A DNA stretch of 64,000 nucleotides from positions 9,209 to 73,208 of the forward strand of contig JBBQXJ010000010.1 in the NCBI GenBank assembly GCA_038209745.1. Direction: 5' to 3'. The position numbers were made by a program, and so were the translations under genes. Of the stretch, positions 27,453 to 40,127 are shown in pieces. Below the pieces are notes generated by a model, which ran no database searches, was not told the origin of the DNA, and saw only the letters and a program-made list of their open reading frames with translations. This DNA is from Verrucomicrobiota bacterium. Lineage in GTDB: Bacteria > Verrucomicrobiota > Verrucomicrobiia > Limisphaerales > CANJSG01. Numbering within the stretch: the first letter of the stretch is position 1; each line of letters starts with the position of its first letter.

Positions 27453-28367
27453 ATGAACGCGAAAAGCCGTTCCAGATTGTTGCTGAGCCTGCTCCTGCTG
27501 GCAGGCGGACTCTGTGCCGCCCAAGGCTGGAGACATCGGGGCTCCCGTGAAGGCGTCGTCTACACGGAGGACGGCGTGGCGGTGGACGAACACACCGTCA
27601 AGACGGCGCGCGAGGTCGCCAACCGCGGCTCCGGGGCGCCCATCTGGACCAACGCGCCGGGCCTGGAGCCGGACGTCTTCACCTTCGCCCGGATCATCCG
27701 CGACCGCTCCGACCACTGCTCCCCCACGGCGGGCGAATGGATCACCGATTTCCCGGACAGCGACCTGAACCTTTCCTACCGCCTCCAGCAACTGACCACG
27801 ATCAAGACCGATCCCAACGGCCGGACGCTTCGGCTGACCGACCCGGATCTCGTCCGTTATCCTTGGATCTACATGGTGGAGCCCGGCAGCTTGGAACTGC
27901 GCGACGAAGAGGTGCCCATTCTCCGGAACTACCTGTTGAACGGCGGGTTTCTGATGGTGGACGATTTCTGGGGCGAGGTGCAGTGGCGCACGTTCCAGGC
28001 GCAGATGAAACGCGTCTTCCCCGACCGCGACTTCGTGGAACTGCCGATGGACCATCCGATCTTCCACGCCGTGTTCCCCCTGGATGTTCCGAAGAACCAG
28101 CTGCAGATCCCGAACTTCCGCCAGGGCATCCGCAGCCAATATGACGGCGTGACCTGGGAGAACCATGACGGCGAAGAGTGCCGCGACGTCCACATCCGCG
28201 CGCTGAACGACGACCAGGGCCACATCATGGTCCTCGCCTGCCACAACACCGACAACGGCGACGGCTGGGAGCGCGAAGGCACGGACGAATACTTCTTCCG
28301 CCAGTTCTCGGAGAAACGCGCTTTCCCCCTCGCCATCAACATCGTCTTCTTCGCGATGACCCATTGA
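27453..28367 (+). CDS. DUF4159-domain exported protein (copy 2)
   Basis: Same motifs as copy 1; both end in MTH-stop. Confidence 0.88.
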   Translation: MNAKSRSRLLLSLLLLAGGLCAAQGWRHRGSREGVVYTEDGVAVDEHTVKTAREVANRGSGAPIWTNAPGLEPDVFTFARIIRDRSDHCSPTAGEWITDFPDSDLNLSYRLQQLTTIKTDPNGRTLRLTDPDLVRYPWIYMVEPGSLELRDEEVPILRNYLLNGGFLMVDDFWGEVQWRTFQAQMKRVFPDRDFVELPMDHPIFHAVFPLDVPKNQLQIPNFRQGIRSQYDGVTWENHDGEECRDVHIRALNDDQGHIMVLACHNTDNGDGWEREGTDEYFFRQFSEKRAFPLAINIVFFAMTH

Positions 28368-28447
28368 GCCCGAAATGATGTCCGCCGAGCCCCGTCGTTC
28401 GGAGTTGAATGTTCCCCGATGAGCGTTCGAAATTTCCCCCATTCACC

Positions 28448-29467
<1,020 letters not shown>

Positions 29468-29501
29468 ACACCCGCGGCGCGATCATCCGATCGCACGATC
29501 A

Positions 29502-29537
29502 ACGGGCGGGCGCCAAGAGCGGGCCCGTCCTTTTTTT
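29502..29537 (+). terminator. Possible terminator after MoxR
   Basis: acgggc...gcccgt arms followed by a T7 run. Confidence 0.4.
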
Positions 29538-29997
29538 GTCTCCCTTGCCAGGCTCGCCTTGTCCGAAATTGCGGGTATCCATCGGGCCAAGGATCGCCTC
29601 GACCTCGGCGGCTAGCCTCCTTTCCCGATTTCGCGAAGCGTCTCCGTCTCATCGGGTCTTGGCTGCCTGCGGCGGCCCTCTCGATTCGCAGTCGCCAGCC
29701 GCAACCAAGGGCGGGTGTTTTGAGGCACACCAAATCGCCGAGGATCCGTTCAACTTCAATCCACATCGCCCCCTTAGGTTCCATCTCTTGCGTGAATGGG
29801 GTCGGTTCATCCCGCAATCCGTCGGCGCGCTGGCCTTTTAGGGTGTGGGAGTTCCCTCGAAACCCCATGGGCATTGACTTTACTTGGCCCCAACCATCTC
29901 GGCGAAATCTGGGCAACACCATCACCGAAGGTGTTGCCGCGGCCCAAGTCCTCGTCCACGCTGAAAGCGCCCACACGTCCAAACCCGATTACCGATC

Positions 29998-30834
29998 ATG
30001 AATCAGACCGTCGTCCTCCAGACCCCCAACCGTCATGGCCGTGGTCGCCGCGGCTTCACTCTGATCGAGCTGCTGGTGGTCATCGCCATCATCGCCATCC
30101 TTGCGGGGATGCTCCTTCCGGCTCTGGCCAAGGCCAAGGCCAAGGGACTACAGACCGCCTGCCTGAACAACCTCCGGCAAATCGGCTTGGCGACCGTCAT
30201 GTATGTGAGCGATTTCGGCGTCTATCCCGGAAGTCTCTCGGTCAGCCCGCCGGTCTACGTCTGGCCGGTTCGCCTGCTCCCTTATGCCGGCGAAAACCGG
30301 AAGCTCTTCCATTGCCCGGCGGCCGATCCGAACAGCTCCTGGGACGAGACCCTCAACAACACCCTGGCCACCGCGACTCCTCCGGGTTTCTCGGCCCCGA
30401 TCAAATACGGCGTCACACCCAACAGCCGCTTCTCCTATGGCTACAACGACTGGGGCCTCAACATAGGAGCCTCTCCCCAGCTCGGTCTCGGAGGCGACAT
30501 CAACGGCGGAGCATTCCGGGGCTATGTCAAAGACACCTCCGTCAGAAACCCGTCGGACATGATCATGCTCGCCGACGGAAAAGGGGCCAAGACCAACCCC
30601 ACCTACAACGCCAGCATCGATCCGACCCAGGACGACCAATGGCCGGCCAACCGGCACAACCGCTTCACCGTGATCCAGTTTGCCGACGGCCACTCCGCCG
30701 CTGCCAAACGAAAAGAGGTCATTGATCCGACTCGGGACAATCCCTGGCGGAGAAGGTGGAACGCCGACAACGCGCTCCACAACGAGGTCACTTGGACTGT
30801 GAACGCGGCGTTGGAAGCCCGGATCGACCAGTGA
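29998..30834 (+). CDS. Prepilin-type N-terminal cleavage/methylation protein (DUF1559 / H-X9-DG C-terminus)
   Basis: [47 protein letters not shown]. Confidence 0.93.
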   Translation: MNQTVVLQTPNRHGRGRRGFTLIELLVVIAIIAILAGMLLPALAKAKAKGLQTACLNNLRQIGLATVMYVSDFGVYPGSLSVSPPVYVWPVRLLPYAGENRKLFHCPAADPNSSWDETLNNTLATATPPGFSAPIKYGVTPNSRFSYGYNDWGLNIGASPQLGLGGDINGGAFRGYVKDTSVRNPSDMIMLADGKGAKTNPTYNASIDPTQDDQWPANRHNRFTVIQFADGHSAAAKRKEVIDPTRDNPWRRRWNADNALHNEVTWTVNAALEARIDQ

Positions 30835-30994
30835 TCGGCAGACCGCGCGCCGGTTCAAAAGCCGGGCCGGATCATGGGCCGTCCCTGAGCCGGCCCGTTC
30901 GTTTGGACCTAGGTCCTTGCGGCAAGAATCCCACCCATCAGCCCGTCCGCAGGGCCCGCTTGATCCGGGAGCGATCGGACCACAACCAGCATCC

Positions 30995-32182
30995 ATGAGC
31001 ACCGCCCCGATTCCGGCAACCGAGGTCCATGATCCCGCCGAAACAGCACGCCGGCAGTTCACCGCCCGCTTCCGTCAACCTCCACGCTGGCTCGCCGCCG
31101 CACCCGGCCGCGTGAATCTCATCGGCGAACATACGGACTACAACGAAGGCTTCGTCCTGCCCATGGCCATCGACCGCGAGACGGTCGTCGCGGCCGCCCT
31201 CAACGGCCGGAACATCATCCGTCTCGAAACCTCGTTCGCCGACAAGCCTGTCGAGATCGATCCAGCCCGGCTGACACCCGGCTCCCACACCAGCTGGTCC
31301 GACTACGCCGCAGGGGTGATCGCCGGATTCCAGGCACTCGGCCCAAAGATCCCCGGTTTCGACGCGTTCGTGGATTCATCCGTTCCCGCCGGCGGCGGAC
31401 TTTCCAGCAGCGCCGCGCTCGAAGTCGCCACCGCCACGCTGCTTGAGGCCATCACCGGCCGATCGCTCGATCCGGTCGGGAAAGCGCTCCTCTGCCAGAA
31501 GGCGGAACACGACTACGTCGGCGTGCCCTGTGGCATCATGGATCAGATGGCTTCGGTCTGCGGACGCGAAGACCACCTCTTGCTCCTCGACTGCCGATCA
31601 CGTGAAACGCGCCTCGTCCCCTTCAACGATCCGTCCGTGGCCGTGCTCGTGATCAACACCAACGTCCGGCACGAGCTCTCCGGCGGCGAATATGCCCTGC
31701 GCCGAACCCAGTGTGAAACCGCCGCCCATGCGCTGGATGTCGCCTCCCTCCGCGACGTCACGGAGCCGATGCTGCTGGCCGGCCGGTCCAAGATGGACTC
31801 CACCACTTTCCGCCGCGCCCGCCACGTCGTCTCCGAGATCGCCCGAACGCTGAAGGCTGCTGACGCCGTGGCCGCCTCGCGTTGGGAAGAAGTCGGCCAG
31901 CTCATGCAGGCCAGCCACGCCTCGCTGCGTGACGACTACAAGGTCAGCTGTCCCGAGCTCGAAGTGGTCGTCGACCTGGCTTCCGCTCCAAAAATGAAAT
32001 CCAGCATCTATGGCTGCCGCATGACCGGCGGCGGCTTCGGCGGTTGCGCCATCGCCTTGGTCCGACGCGACGCGGCGGACGCCGTCTCAGCCTCGATCGC
32101 CACGGACTACCACAAGCGCACCGGCATCGAGCCGTCCCTCTTCCTCACCCGCCCCGGCGACGGCGCCCGCCTCCTGGCATGA
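30995..32182 (+). CDS. galK: Galactokinase
   Basis: APGRVNLIGEHTDYNEGFVLPMAI, GGGLSSSAALE, CGIMDQ and GCRMTGGGFGGC motifs. Confidence 0.97.
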   Translation: MSTAPIPATEVHDPAETARRQFTARFRQPPRWLAAAPGRVNLIGEHTDYNEGFVLPMAIDRETVVAAALNGRNIIRLETSFADKPVEIDPARLTPGSHTSWSDYAAGVIAGFQALGPKIPGFDAFVDSSVPAGGGLSSSAALEVATATLLEAITGRSLDPVGKALLCQKAEHDYVGVPCGIMDQMASVCGREDHLLLLDCRSRETRLVPFNDPSVAVLVINTNVRHELSGGEYALRRTQCETAAHALDVASLRDVTEPMLLAGRSKMDSTTFRRARHVVSEIARTLKAADAVAASRWEEVGQLMQASHASLRDDYKVSCPELEVVVDLASAPKMKSSIYGCRMTGGGFGGCAIALVRRDAADAVSASIATDYHKRTGIEPSLFLTRPGDGARLLA

Positions 32183-33696
32183 GCGGTGGAGCGTCAGCCC
32201 CGTTGCTCCGTATCGCCGATCTCTCCATCGCTTTCGGCCCGGTGAAGGCGCTCGACGGCGCAGGACTGACGCTGCGCGCCGGGGAGATCCACGCATTGAT
32301 GGGCGAAAACGGAGCGGGCAAATCGACGCTCATCAAGACCCTCACCGGCGTCTACGCTCCCGACTCCGGCCGGTTCGAGTTCGAAGGCCGCCCCGTCGCC
32401 CCGAAGTCGCCGCGCGACGCCGAAGCCATCGGCATCAGCACCGTCTATCAAGAGGTCAATCTCGTCCCCACGCTGTCCATCGCGGACAACATCCTGCTCG
32501 GCCGCCAGCCCACGCGCTTCGGCCTCCTGCGCAAGTCCCAGATCCGCCGCCGTGCCGAAGCCGCCCTTGGCCGTCTCGGACTCAAGCTCGACGCCAGCCG
32601 TTCGCTCTCATCCTGCTCCATGGCCGAACAGCAGATGGTGGCGATCGCCCGGGCGCTGGACGTGAAGGCCAAGCTGCTGATCCTCGATGAACCGACCTCA
32701 AGTCTCGACGAACGCGAGGTGGAATTCCTCTTTGGTGTGCTCCGCCGCCTTCGCGACGAAGGCGTCGCGATGCTCTTCGTCACCCATTTCCTCGACCAGG
32801 TCTACGCCGTCTCCGACCGCATCACCGTCCTCCGCAACGGCCGGTTCGTCGGCGAACATCCGATCGCCGAACTGCCGCGTCTCAAGCTGATCAGCGCGAT
32901 GCTCGGCCGGGAATTCGCCGAGATGCAGCACCTCGCCGAAAGCGCCCACAGCGCCGCGGCCGGTTCACGCGCACCGCTGCTCGAGGCCCGCCACATCAGC
33001 CACAAGGGCACGATGAATCCAGTCAGCCTCGACATCGCCGCCGGTGAAGTCACCGGGCTCGCCGGATTGCTCGGCTCCGGCCGCACCGAGACGGCCAAGA
33101 TGCTCTTCGGCGTCACGCCGACGCAGACGGGCGAGATCAAGCTGGGCGGCACCACGGTCAAGATCGCTTCGCCGCGCGACGCCATTCGGCTCGGCCTCGC
33201 CTTCTGCAGCGAGGACCGGAAGACCGAGGGCATTTTTCCGGACCTGTCCGTCCGCGAGAACATGGTCCTCGCCCTGCAGAGCCGCCGCGGGCCGTTGCGG
33301 CTGATGGCCCGCAAGGAGCAGGACACCATCGCCGACCACTACATCCGCGCGTTGCGGATCAAGACCGACAGTGCCGGGACGCCGATCAAGAACCTCTCCG
33401 GCGGCAACCAGCAGAAAGTGCTCCTGGGCCGTTGGCTCTCGCTGCAGCCCAGGCTGATCATCCTCGACGAACCCACGCGCGGCATCGACGTCGGCGCCAA
33501 GGCCGACATCGAGAAGCTCGTCCAGTCGCTGCGCGGCGAAGGGATGTCCGTTCTCTTCATCTCCTCGGACATCGAGGAAGTCGTCCGCAATTGCCAGCGC
33601 GTCGTCGTGCTGCGGGACCGCCGCAAGATCGGCGAACTGTCCGGCCCCGACGTCGAAGCCGGCCGCATCATGAATGTCATCGCCCATCATGAGTGA
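32179..33696 (+). CDS. ytfR: CUT2 sugar ABC transporter ATP-binding protein (YtfR-like)
   Basis: Two NBDs: GENGAGKST, ISTVYQEVNL, LDEPT, LSGGNQQKV; ATGA overlap with galK. Confidence 0.92.
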   Translation: MSGGASAPLLRIADLSIAFGPVKALDGAGLTLRAGEIHALMGENGAGKSTLIKTLTGVYAPDSGRFEFEGRPVAPKSPRDAEAIGISTVYQEVNLVPTLSIADNILLGRQPTRFGLLRKSQIRRRAEAALGRLGLKLDASRSLSSCSMAEQQMVAIARALDVKAKLLILDEPTSSLDEREVEFLFGVLRRLRDEGVAMLFVTHFLDQVYAVSDRITVLRNGRFVGEHPIAELPRLKLISAMLGREFAEMQHLAESAHSAAAGSRAPLLEARHISHKGTMNPVSLDIAAGEVTGLAGLLGSGRTETAKMLFGVTPTQTGEIKLGGTTVKIASPRDAIRLGLAFCSEDRKTEGIFPDLSVRENMVLALQSRRGPLRLMARKEQDTIADHYIRALRIKTDSAGTPIKNLSGGNQQKVLLGRWLSLQPRLIILDEPTRGIDVGAKADIEKLVQSLRGEGMSVLFISSDIEEVVRNCQRVVVLRDRRKIGELSGPDVEAGRIMNVIAHHE

Positions 33697-34704
33697 GCCC
33701 CTGGCCAGAGTCAGAGCCTGGTTCCAGGGAGGCACCCTGCTGTGGCCGCTTCTCGGTTTGGCCGCGCTGTTGGCCTTCAACCTCGTCTGGTCCCCCGGCT
33801 TCTTCAGCGTCGAGCTCCGCGAAGGCCATCTCTACGGCATCCTCGTCGACATCCTGAACCAGGGCTCGAAGGTCATGCTGCTCTCCATCGGCATGACGCT
33901 GGTCATCGCCTCGGGCGGCGTCGATCTGTCGGTCGGTTCCATCATGGCCATCGCCGGCGCGCTGGCGGCCGCGTTGGTCACGCGGACCGGATTGCCCTTC
34001 GTCGCGGTGGTTCCGATCACCCTGCTGGCAGCGCTGCTGGCCGGTTTCGGCAACGGCCTCCTCGTGGCCAAGGCCGGCATCCAGCCGATCATCGCCACCT
34101 TGATCCTGATGGTCGCCGGACGCGGCGTCGCCATGTTGATCACCGGCGGACAGATCCTCACCTTCGATCTGCCGGCCTTCGTCTATCTCGGCAACGGCCA
34201 CCTGTTCGGCCTGCCCTTCACGGTGACGATCGTCGCGGCCGTTCTCGCCATCTCAGTCTGGCTCACGCGCAGGACCGCTTGCGGCCTCTTCCTCGAAGCC
34301 GTGGGCGACAACGGACGCGCCGCGCGCTTCTGTGGCATCAACACCACCGCAGTGAAGCTCCTCGTCTATGCGGTCTCCGGACTCTGCGCCGGCATCGCCG
34401 GACTCATCGCCACTTCGAACATCAAGGCCGCCGACTCCAGCCGCGTCGGCGAGATGATGGAGCTGGACGCCATCTTCGCCGTCGTCGTCGGCGGGACCGC
34501 GTTGACGGGCGGACGCTTCTCGCTGGTGGGTTCGGTCCTCGGCGCGCTGCTCATCCAGACGCTCACCACCACCATGCAGAACCTCGGCGTGCCGCCCGCG
34601 ATTTCGCCCGTGCCCAAGTCCATCGTCATCGTCGCCGTCTGCCTCCTGCAATCGGCCAAGTTCCGCGGGCAGATCGGCGGTCTGTGGAAGGGAAAGGCCC
34701 GGCC

Positions 34705-34708
<4 letters not shown>
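33689..34708 (+). CDS. ytfT: Sugar ABC transporter permease (YtfT-like)
   Basis: GMTLVIASGGVDLSVG, IQPIIATLILMVAGRG and ELDAI motifs. Confidence 0.9.
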
Positions 34709-35682
<974 letters not shown>

Positions 35683-35689
35683 CTCTCCC

Positions 35690-37933
35690 ATGAAACGACG
35701 CCGTTCTTCTCTCCGACACTGGGCCGCTTTGTTCGCAAGCGCGGTGCCGCTCCTGGCCTTTGCGGCAGAGGCGTGGCAACCGGCCAAAGGCCCTTTGAAT
35801 ACCCGCTGGGCGGCGGCCGTTTCGCCGGAGAACGCGCTGCCCGAATATCCGCGTCCGCAAATGGTCCGGCATGATTGGCTCAATCTGAACGGCCTTTGGG
35901 ACTATGCCCTGACCGCGCACGCCGCCGCCGCGCCCACGACCTTTGGCGATCACATTCTCGTTCCCTTCGCCTATGAGTCGTCCCTCTCCGGCGTCGGCAA
36001 GCCGAGCGTGCCCGACCAGCGCCTGTGGTATCGGCGCGGCTTCACCGTGCCGGCGAAGTGGCGCGGCCAGCGCGTGATCCTGCACCTCGGCGCGGTGACG
36101 TGGGACTCGTCGGTTCTCGTCAACGGCAAGGCCATCGGCACCCATCGCGGCGGATACACCGCCTTCGAGTTCGACATCACCGACAGCCTCAAAGCCGGCA
36201 ACAACGAACTCGTCGTCTCCGCCTGGAACCCCCTCCGCTCCGACTTGGCCGACGCCCAGGTGCTCGGTAAACAGCGCAAAAAGCCCGAGGCCATCTTCTA
36301 CACCGCAGCCAGCGGCATCTGGCAGACCGTCTGGCTGGAACCCGTCTCCGCCGCCCACATCGACGCCCTCCGGATGACGCCCGACATCGACGCCAAGGCT
36401 CTCAGACTCACCGTCCAGTCCGGTCAGATCGCGCAGGTCAGGGTGACCGCGTTCGACGGCTCCAAGGAAGTCGCCAGCATCACCGGCACCGCTGGCCAGG
36501 AGCTCAGCCTTCCGATCACGAACCCCCGTCTCTGGACGCCGAGCGACCCTCATCTCTACAGCCTCAAAGTGGCGCTGCTCCAGAACGGCAAGGAAACCGA
36601 CGCCGTGGACAGTTACTTCGCCATGCGGAAGATCTCGCTCGGACAGGACGCGCAGGGCCGCACCCGCATGTTCCTGAACAACGCGTTCCTCTTCGAGATC
36701 GGCCCTCTCGACCAGGGCTACTGGCCGGACGGCATCTACACCGCCCCGACCGACGACGCCCTTCGCTACGACATCGAGGTCACCAAGCAGCTCGGGTTCA
36801 ACATGACCCGCAAGCACGCCAAGGTGGAACCCGACCGCTGGTATTACTGGACCGACAAGCTCGGCCTGCTCGTCTGGCAGGATATGCCCCAGATGTTCGG
36901 CGGCCGCGACAACACCCTCACGGCCGGAGCCAAGGCGCAGTTCGAAAAGGAATGGCGCGAAGAGCTCGCCCAGTTGCACAACCACCCCTCGATCGTCGTC
37001 TGGACTCCCTTCAACGAAGGCTGGGGCCAGCACGACACGGAAGCCGTCGTCGCCTTGACCAAACAACTGGATCCGAGCCGCCTCGTGAACAACGCCAGCG
37101 GCTGGACCGACATGAAGTGCGGCGACCTCCACGACACCCACGCCTATCCCGGGCCCGGATGCGAACTGCCCGAGCCCCATCGCGCGTCGGTCAACGGCGA
37201 GTTCGGCGGCGTGACCATGAGCCTCCCCGGCCACCGCTGGAACGACGACGCCTTCGGCTACGGCGCGGTGCTGAAGGATTCCTGGCTCGCGACCAAGCGC
37301 TACCAGGCGCTCCTCGAGAACGTCTACAAGCTGCGCGACGAACGGGGCATGAGCGCCGCCGTCTACACCCAGATCACCGACGTCGAACAGGAGATCAACG
37401 GCCTGCTCACCTACGACCGGGCGATGATCAAGCTGGACGAGAAGATCGTCACCGCCGCGAACAAAGGTAAATTCCTCCCGCTGCCGCCGAACCCCAACCC
37501 GCCCATCGTCCCCTCCTCCCAGGACGAGCCCCAGACCTGGCGCTACACCACGGAGAAACCGGCCGGCGACTGGATGAAGCCCGGCTTCGCCGACACGACC
37601 TGGAAGCCGGCACCGGGCGGATTCGGCCACGACGTCGGTCCCATCCAGACGCAGTGGACCACGTCCGACATCTGGATCCGCCGCATCGTCGAGCTGACCG
37701 CCGACCTGCCGGCCGAGCTGGCCTTCGAGTGCTTCCACGACGAGGACGCCGAAATCTATCTGAACGGCGTGCTCGCCGCGTCGCCCAGGGACTACAACCA
37801 CGCGTACGAGACGATCCCGATGAACGCCGCAGGCCGCGCCGCCTTGAAGGGCGGTCCGAACGTCATCGCCGTCCATTGCCACCAGACCATCGGCGGCCAG
37901 TTCATCGACGTCGGCATCGTGAAGGCGAAGTGA
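35690..37933 (+). CDS. Secreted GH2 glycoside hydrolase, beta-galactofuranosidase-like
   Basis: Signal peptide; PEYPRPQ..WLNLNGLWDY, LDQGYWPDGIYTAP, RKHAKVEP, WQDMP, FNEGWGQ and GEFGG motifs. Confidence 0.88.
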   Translation: MKRRRSSLRHWAALFASAVPLLAFAAEAWQPAKGPLNTRWAAAVSPENALPEYPRPQMVRHDWLNLNGLWDYALTAHAAAAPTTFGDHILVPFAYESSLSGVGKPSVPDQRLWYRRGFTVPAKWRGQRVILHLGAVTWDSSVLVNGKAIGTHRGGYTAFEFDITDSLKAGNNELVVSAWNPLRSDLADAQVLGKQRKKPEAIFYTAASGIWQTVWLEPVSAAHIDALRMTPDIDAKALRLTVQSGQIAQVRVTAFDGSKEVASITGTAGQELSLPITNPRLWTPSDPHLYSLKVALLQNGKETDAVDSYFAMRKISLGQDAQGRTRMFLNNAFLFEIGPLDQGYWPDGIYTAPTDDALRYDIEVTKQLGFNMTRKHAKVEPDRWYYWTDKLGLLVWQDMPQMFGGRDNTLTAGAKAQFEKEWREELAQLHNHPSIVVWTPFNEGWGQHDTEAVVALTKQLDPSRLVNNASGWTDMKCGDLHDTHAYPGPGCELPEPHRASVNGEFGGVTMSLPGHRWNDDAFGYGAVLKDSWLATKRYQALLENVYKLRDERGMSAAVYTQITDVEQEINGLLTYDRAMIKLDEKIVTAANKGKFLPLPPNPNPPIVPSSQDEPQTWRYTTEKPAGDWMKPGFADTTWKPAPGGFGHDVGPIQTQWTTSDIWIRRIVELTADLPAELAFECFHDEDAEIYLNGVLAASPRDYNHAYETIPMNAAGRAALKGGPNVIAVHCHQTIGGQFIDVGIVKAK

Positions 37934-37934
37934 C

Positions 37935-39074
37935 ATGAATCCCCGCCGTCCTCCACGCCGCCCCGGTTTCCTCGCAGCACTCGCGCTCGCGCTGTTTTTT
38001 ACGTTGGCCGGGCAGGCGGTCGGAGCGGCTGCGGATGATGCTGTTCCCTCCGTAGCGGCGGGGTCTGCTCCAGACACCTTCCACTGGTCCAATCCGATCC
38101 GCGTGCAGGACGGGATACCCGGCGACGAGCTGCGCGACCCGTGCATCGTCCGCGAAGGCGACACCTACTATCTCGTCTTCACCGTTTTCCCGTTTCGCGG
38201 CCGCGATGAGAACCACCTCGGCGATCCCGACCAGGGCTCGTCGCCCGGCATCAAGCTCTATCGCTCGCGGGATCTCGCGAACTGGACCTTCGACCGCTGG
38301 CTGGTGAAGGGCTCCGAACTGCCGGACAACTGTCCGTATCGCCACCGTTTCTGGGCTCCGGAGATCCACAAGATGGGCGGCAAGTTCTACCTCGTCTTCA
38401 CCGCCGACAACTGGTCGAAGAAGGAACACAACCCCGCCGGCACCTGGGGCGCGGCCGGCTATGCGTTCGTCGGCGTGGCGGACCAGGTGACCGGACCCTA
38501 CGAGCACATCAGCTACATTCCCGGCGCGGCCTGCGACACGACGCTGTTCGAGGACACCGACGGCCGCACCTACGCCTTCATTCCCCGCTACAACATCGAC
38601 GTGCAGGAGATCGACCTGACCGGCCTGGCGCGTGGCGAGGTGAAGCTGCTGGGCCAGCCCGTGAAGATCCTCACGCCGGACAACGCGGATGTCGGTCTCG
38701 CGACCAAGGCGGACTACCTCGAAGGCCCGTGGGTCCGGAAGATCGGCGACCGCTACTGTCTCTTCTACGCCTCGCTCTATTCGAAGAAGAACAACGCGGA
38801 CGGCGGCGACGGCTACTGGGCCGGCGTGGCCTACGCCGATCGGGTGACGGGACCGTTCCAGAAAGACCCGCGCGCGAAGGTCTTCCTCGGCGGCCATCTC
38901 GCGGTCTTCGACGATCCGTCCGGCGGCGCGTGGTTTTCCTATCGCGGCGAAAGCGGCGGTCCGGCCCAGGGCCGGCTTTGTGTCGAGCCGATCAGCCTGG
39001 ATGCCTCGGGCCGCGTGCGCGTCGCCGGACCGACGACCGGCCCACGAACCCTTTCCCTCCACCGTACAAAATGA
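37935..39074 (+). CDS. Secreted GH43 glycoside hydrolase
   Basis: Signal peptide; LRDP, WAPE, D.TLF and LEGP catalytic motifs. Confidence 0.88.
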   Translation: MNPRRPPRRPGFLAALALALFFTLAGQAVGAAADDAVPSVAAGSAPDTFHWSNPIRVQDGIPGDELRDPCIVREGDTYYLVFTVFPFRGRDENHLGDPDQGSSPGIKLYRSRDLANWTFDRWLVKGSELPDNCPYRHRFWAPEIHKMGGKFYLVFTADNWSKKEHNPAGTWGAAGYAFVGVADQVTGPYEHISYIPGAACDTTLFEDTDGRTYAFIPRYNIDVQEIDLTGLARGEVKLLGQPVKILTPDNADVGLATKADYLEGPWVRKIGDRYCLFYASLYSKKNNADGGDGYWAGVAYADRVTGPFQKDPRAKVFLGGHLAVFDDPSGGAWFSYRGESGGPAQGRLCVEPISLDASGRVRVAGPTTGPRTLSLHRTK

Positions 39075-39119
39075 TAGCTATCGACGATCCTTGTTTCCGA
39101 AAAGCATGACCCCATCTCC

Positions 39120-40103
39120 ATGAAGACTCCCCATTGGCGTTTGCCCATCAACTCTCTCGTCGCCGGCCTCGTCGGCTTCACCCTCTTGACCGCTTGCGGC
39201 GACAAGAGCGGCAGCAGCGCCTCTCCCGGCGGCAAGATCACCGTCGGCTTCGCCCAGGTCGGAGCCGAGAGCGCCTGGCGCACGGCCGAGACCGCGTCGA
39301 TCAAGGACGAGGCCGCGAAGCGCGGCGTGAACCTCAAGTTCTCCGACGCCCAGGGCAAACAGGAGAACCAGATCAAGGCCGTCCGGGGCTTCATCGCCCA
39401 AGGGGTCGACGCCATCATCATGGCGCCCGTCGTGGAGACCGGTTGGGAACCCGTCCTGAAGGAAGCCAAGCAGGCCAAGATCCCCGTGATCCTCGTCGAC
39501 CGCGGCATCAAGACCGAAGACGAGTCGCTCTTCGCCACGTTGATCGCCTCCGACTTTGTCGCCGAAGGGCGCATGGCCGCCGAGTGGCTGATCAAGAAGA
39601 CCGGCGGCAAGGCCAGCATCATCGAGCTCCAGGGCACGCCCGGCGCCGCGCCGGCCATCGACCGCAGGAAGGGTTTTGAAGACGGCATCTCCAGCCATCC
39701 CGACATGAAGATCATCGCCTCGCAGAGCGGCGACTTCCGTCGCTCCGGAGGCAAGGAGGTGACCGAAGCGGTGCTCAAGGGCGCCGGCGCCGGCGCGACC
39801 GTCGTCTACGCCCACAACGACGACATGGCCCTCGGCGCCGTCCAGGCCATCGAGGAGTCCGGCAAGAAGCCCGGCACCGACGTGATCGTCCTCTCCATCG
39901 ACGGCGTGAAAGACGCCTTCGTCGCCATGGCCGCCGGCAAGCTGAACTGCACCGTCGAATGCAATCCCCTCCTCGGCCCCGCCGCGTTCGACGCCGTCGA
40001 GAAGGCGCTCAAGGGCGAGCAACTGCCAAAGAAGACCGTCGTCCAGGACAAGGTCTACGACGCCTCGAGCGCCGCCGCCGAGCTGCCGAACCGCAAATAT
40101 TGA
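39120..40103 (+). CDS. ytfQ: Sugar ABC substrate-binding lipoprotein (YtfQ-like)
   Basis: Lipobox LTAC; GFAQVGAESAWR..ET, KQENQIKAVRGFIAQGVDAI..PVVETGWEPVLKEAK and HNDDMA motifs. Confidence 0.92.
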   Translation: MKTPHWRLPINSLVAGLVGFTLLTACGDKSGSSASPGGKITVGFAQVGAESAWRTAETASIKDEAAKRGVNLKFSDAQGKQENQIKAVRGFIAQGVDAIIMAPVVETGWEPVLKEAKQAKIPVILVDRGIKTEDESLFATLIASDFVAEGRMAAEWLIKKTGGKASIIELQGTPGAAPAIDRRKGFEDGISSHPDMKIIASQSGDFRRSGGKEVTEAVLKGAGAGATVVYAHNDDMALGAVQAIEESGKKPGTDVIVLSIDGVKDAFVAMAAGKLNCTVECNPLLGPAAFDAVEKALKGEQLPKKTVVQDKVYDASSAAAELPNRKY

Positions 40104-40127
40104 GGCCTTTCTTCAGCCCTCCCGTCG

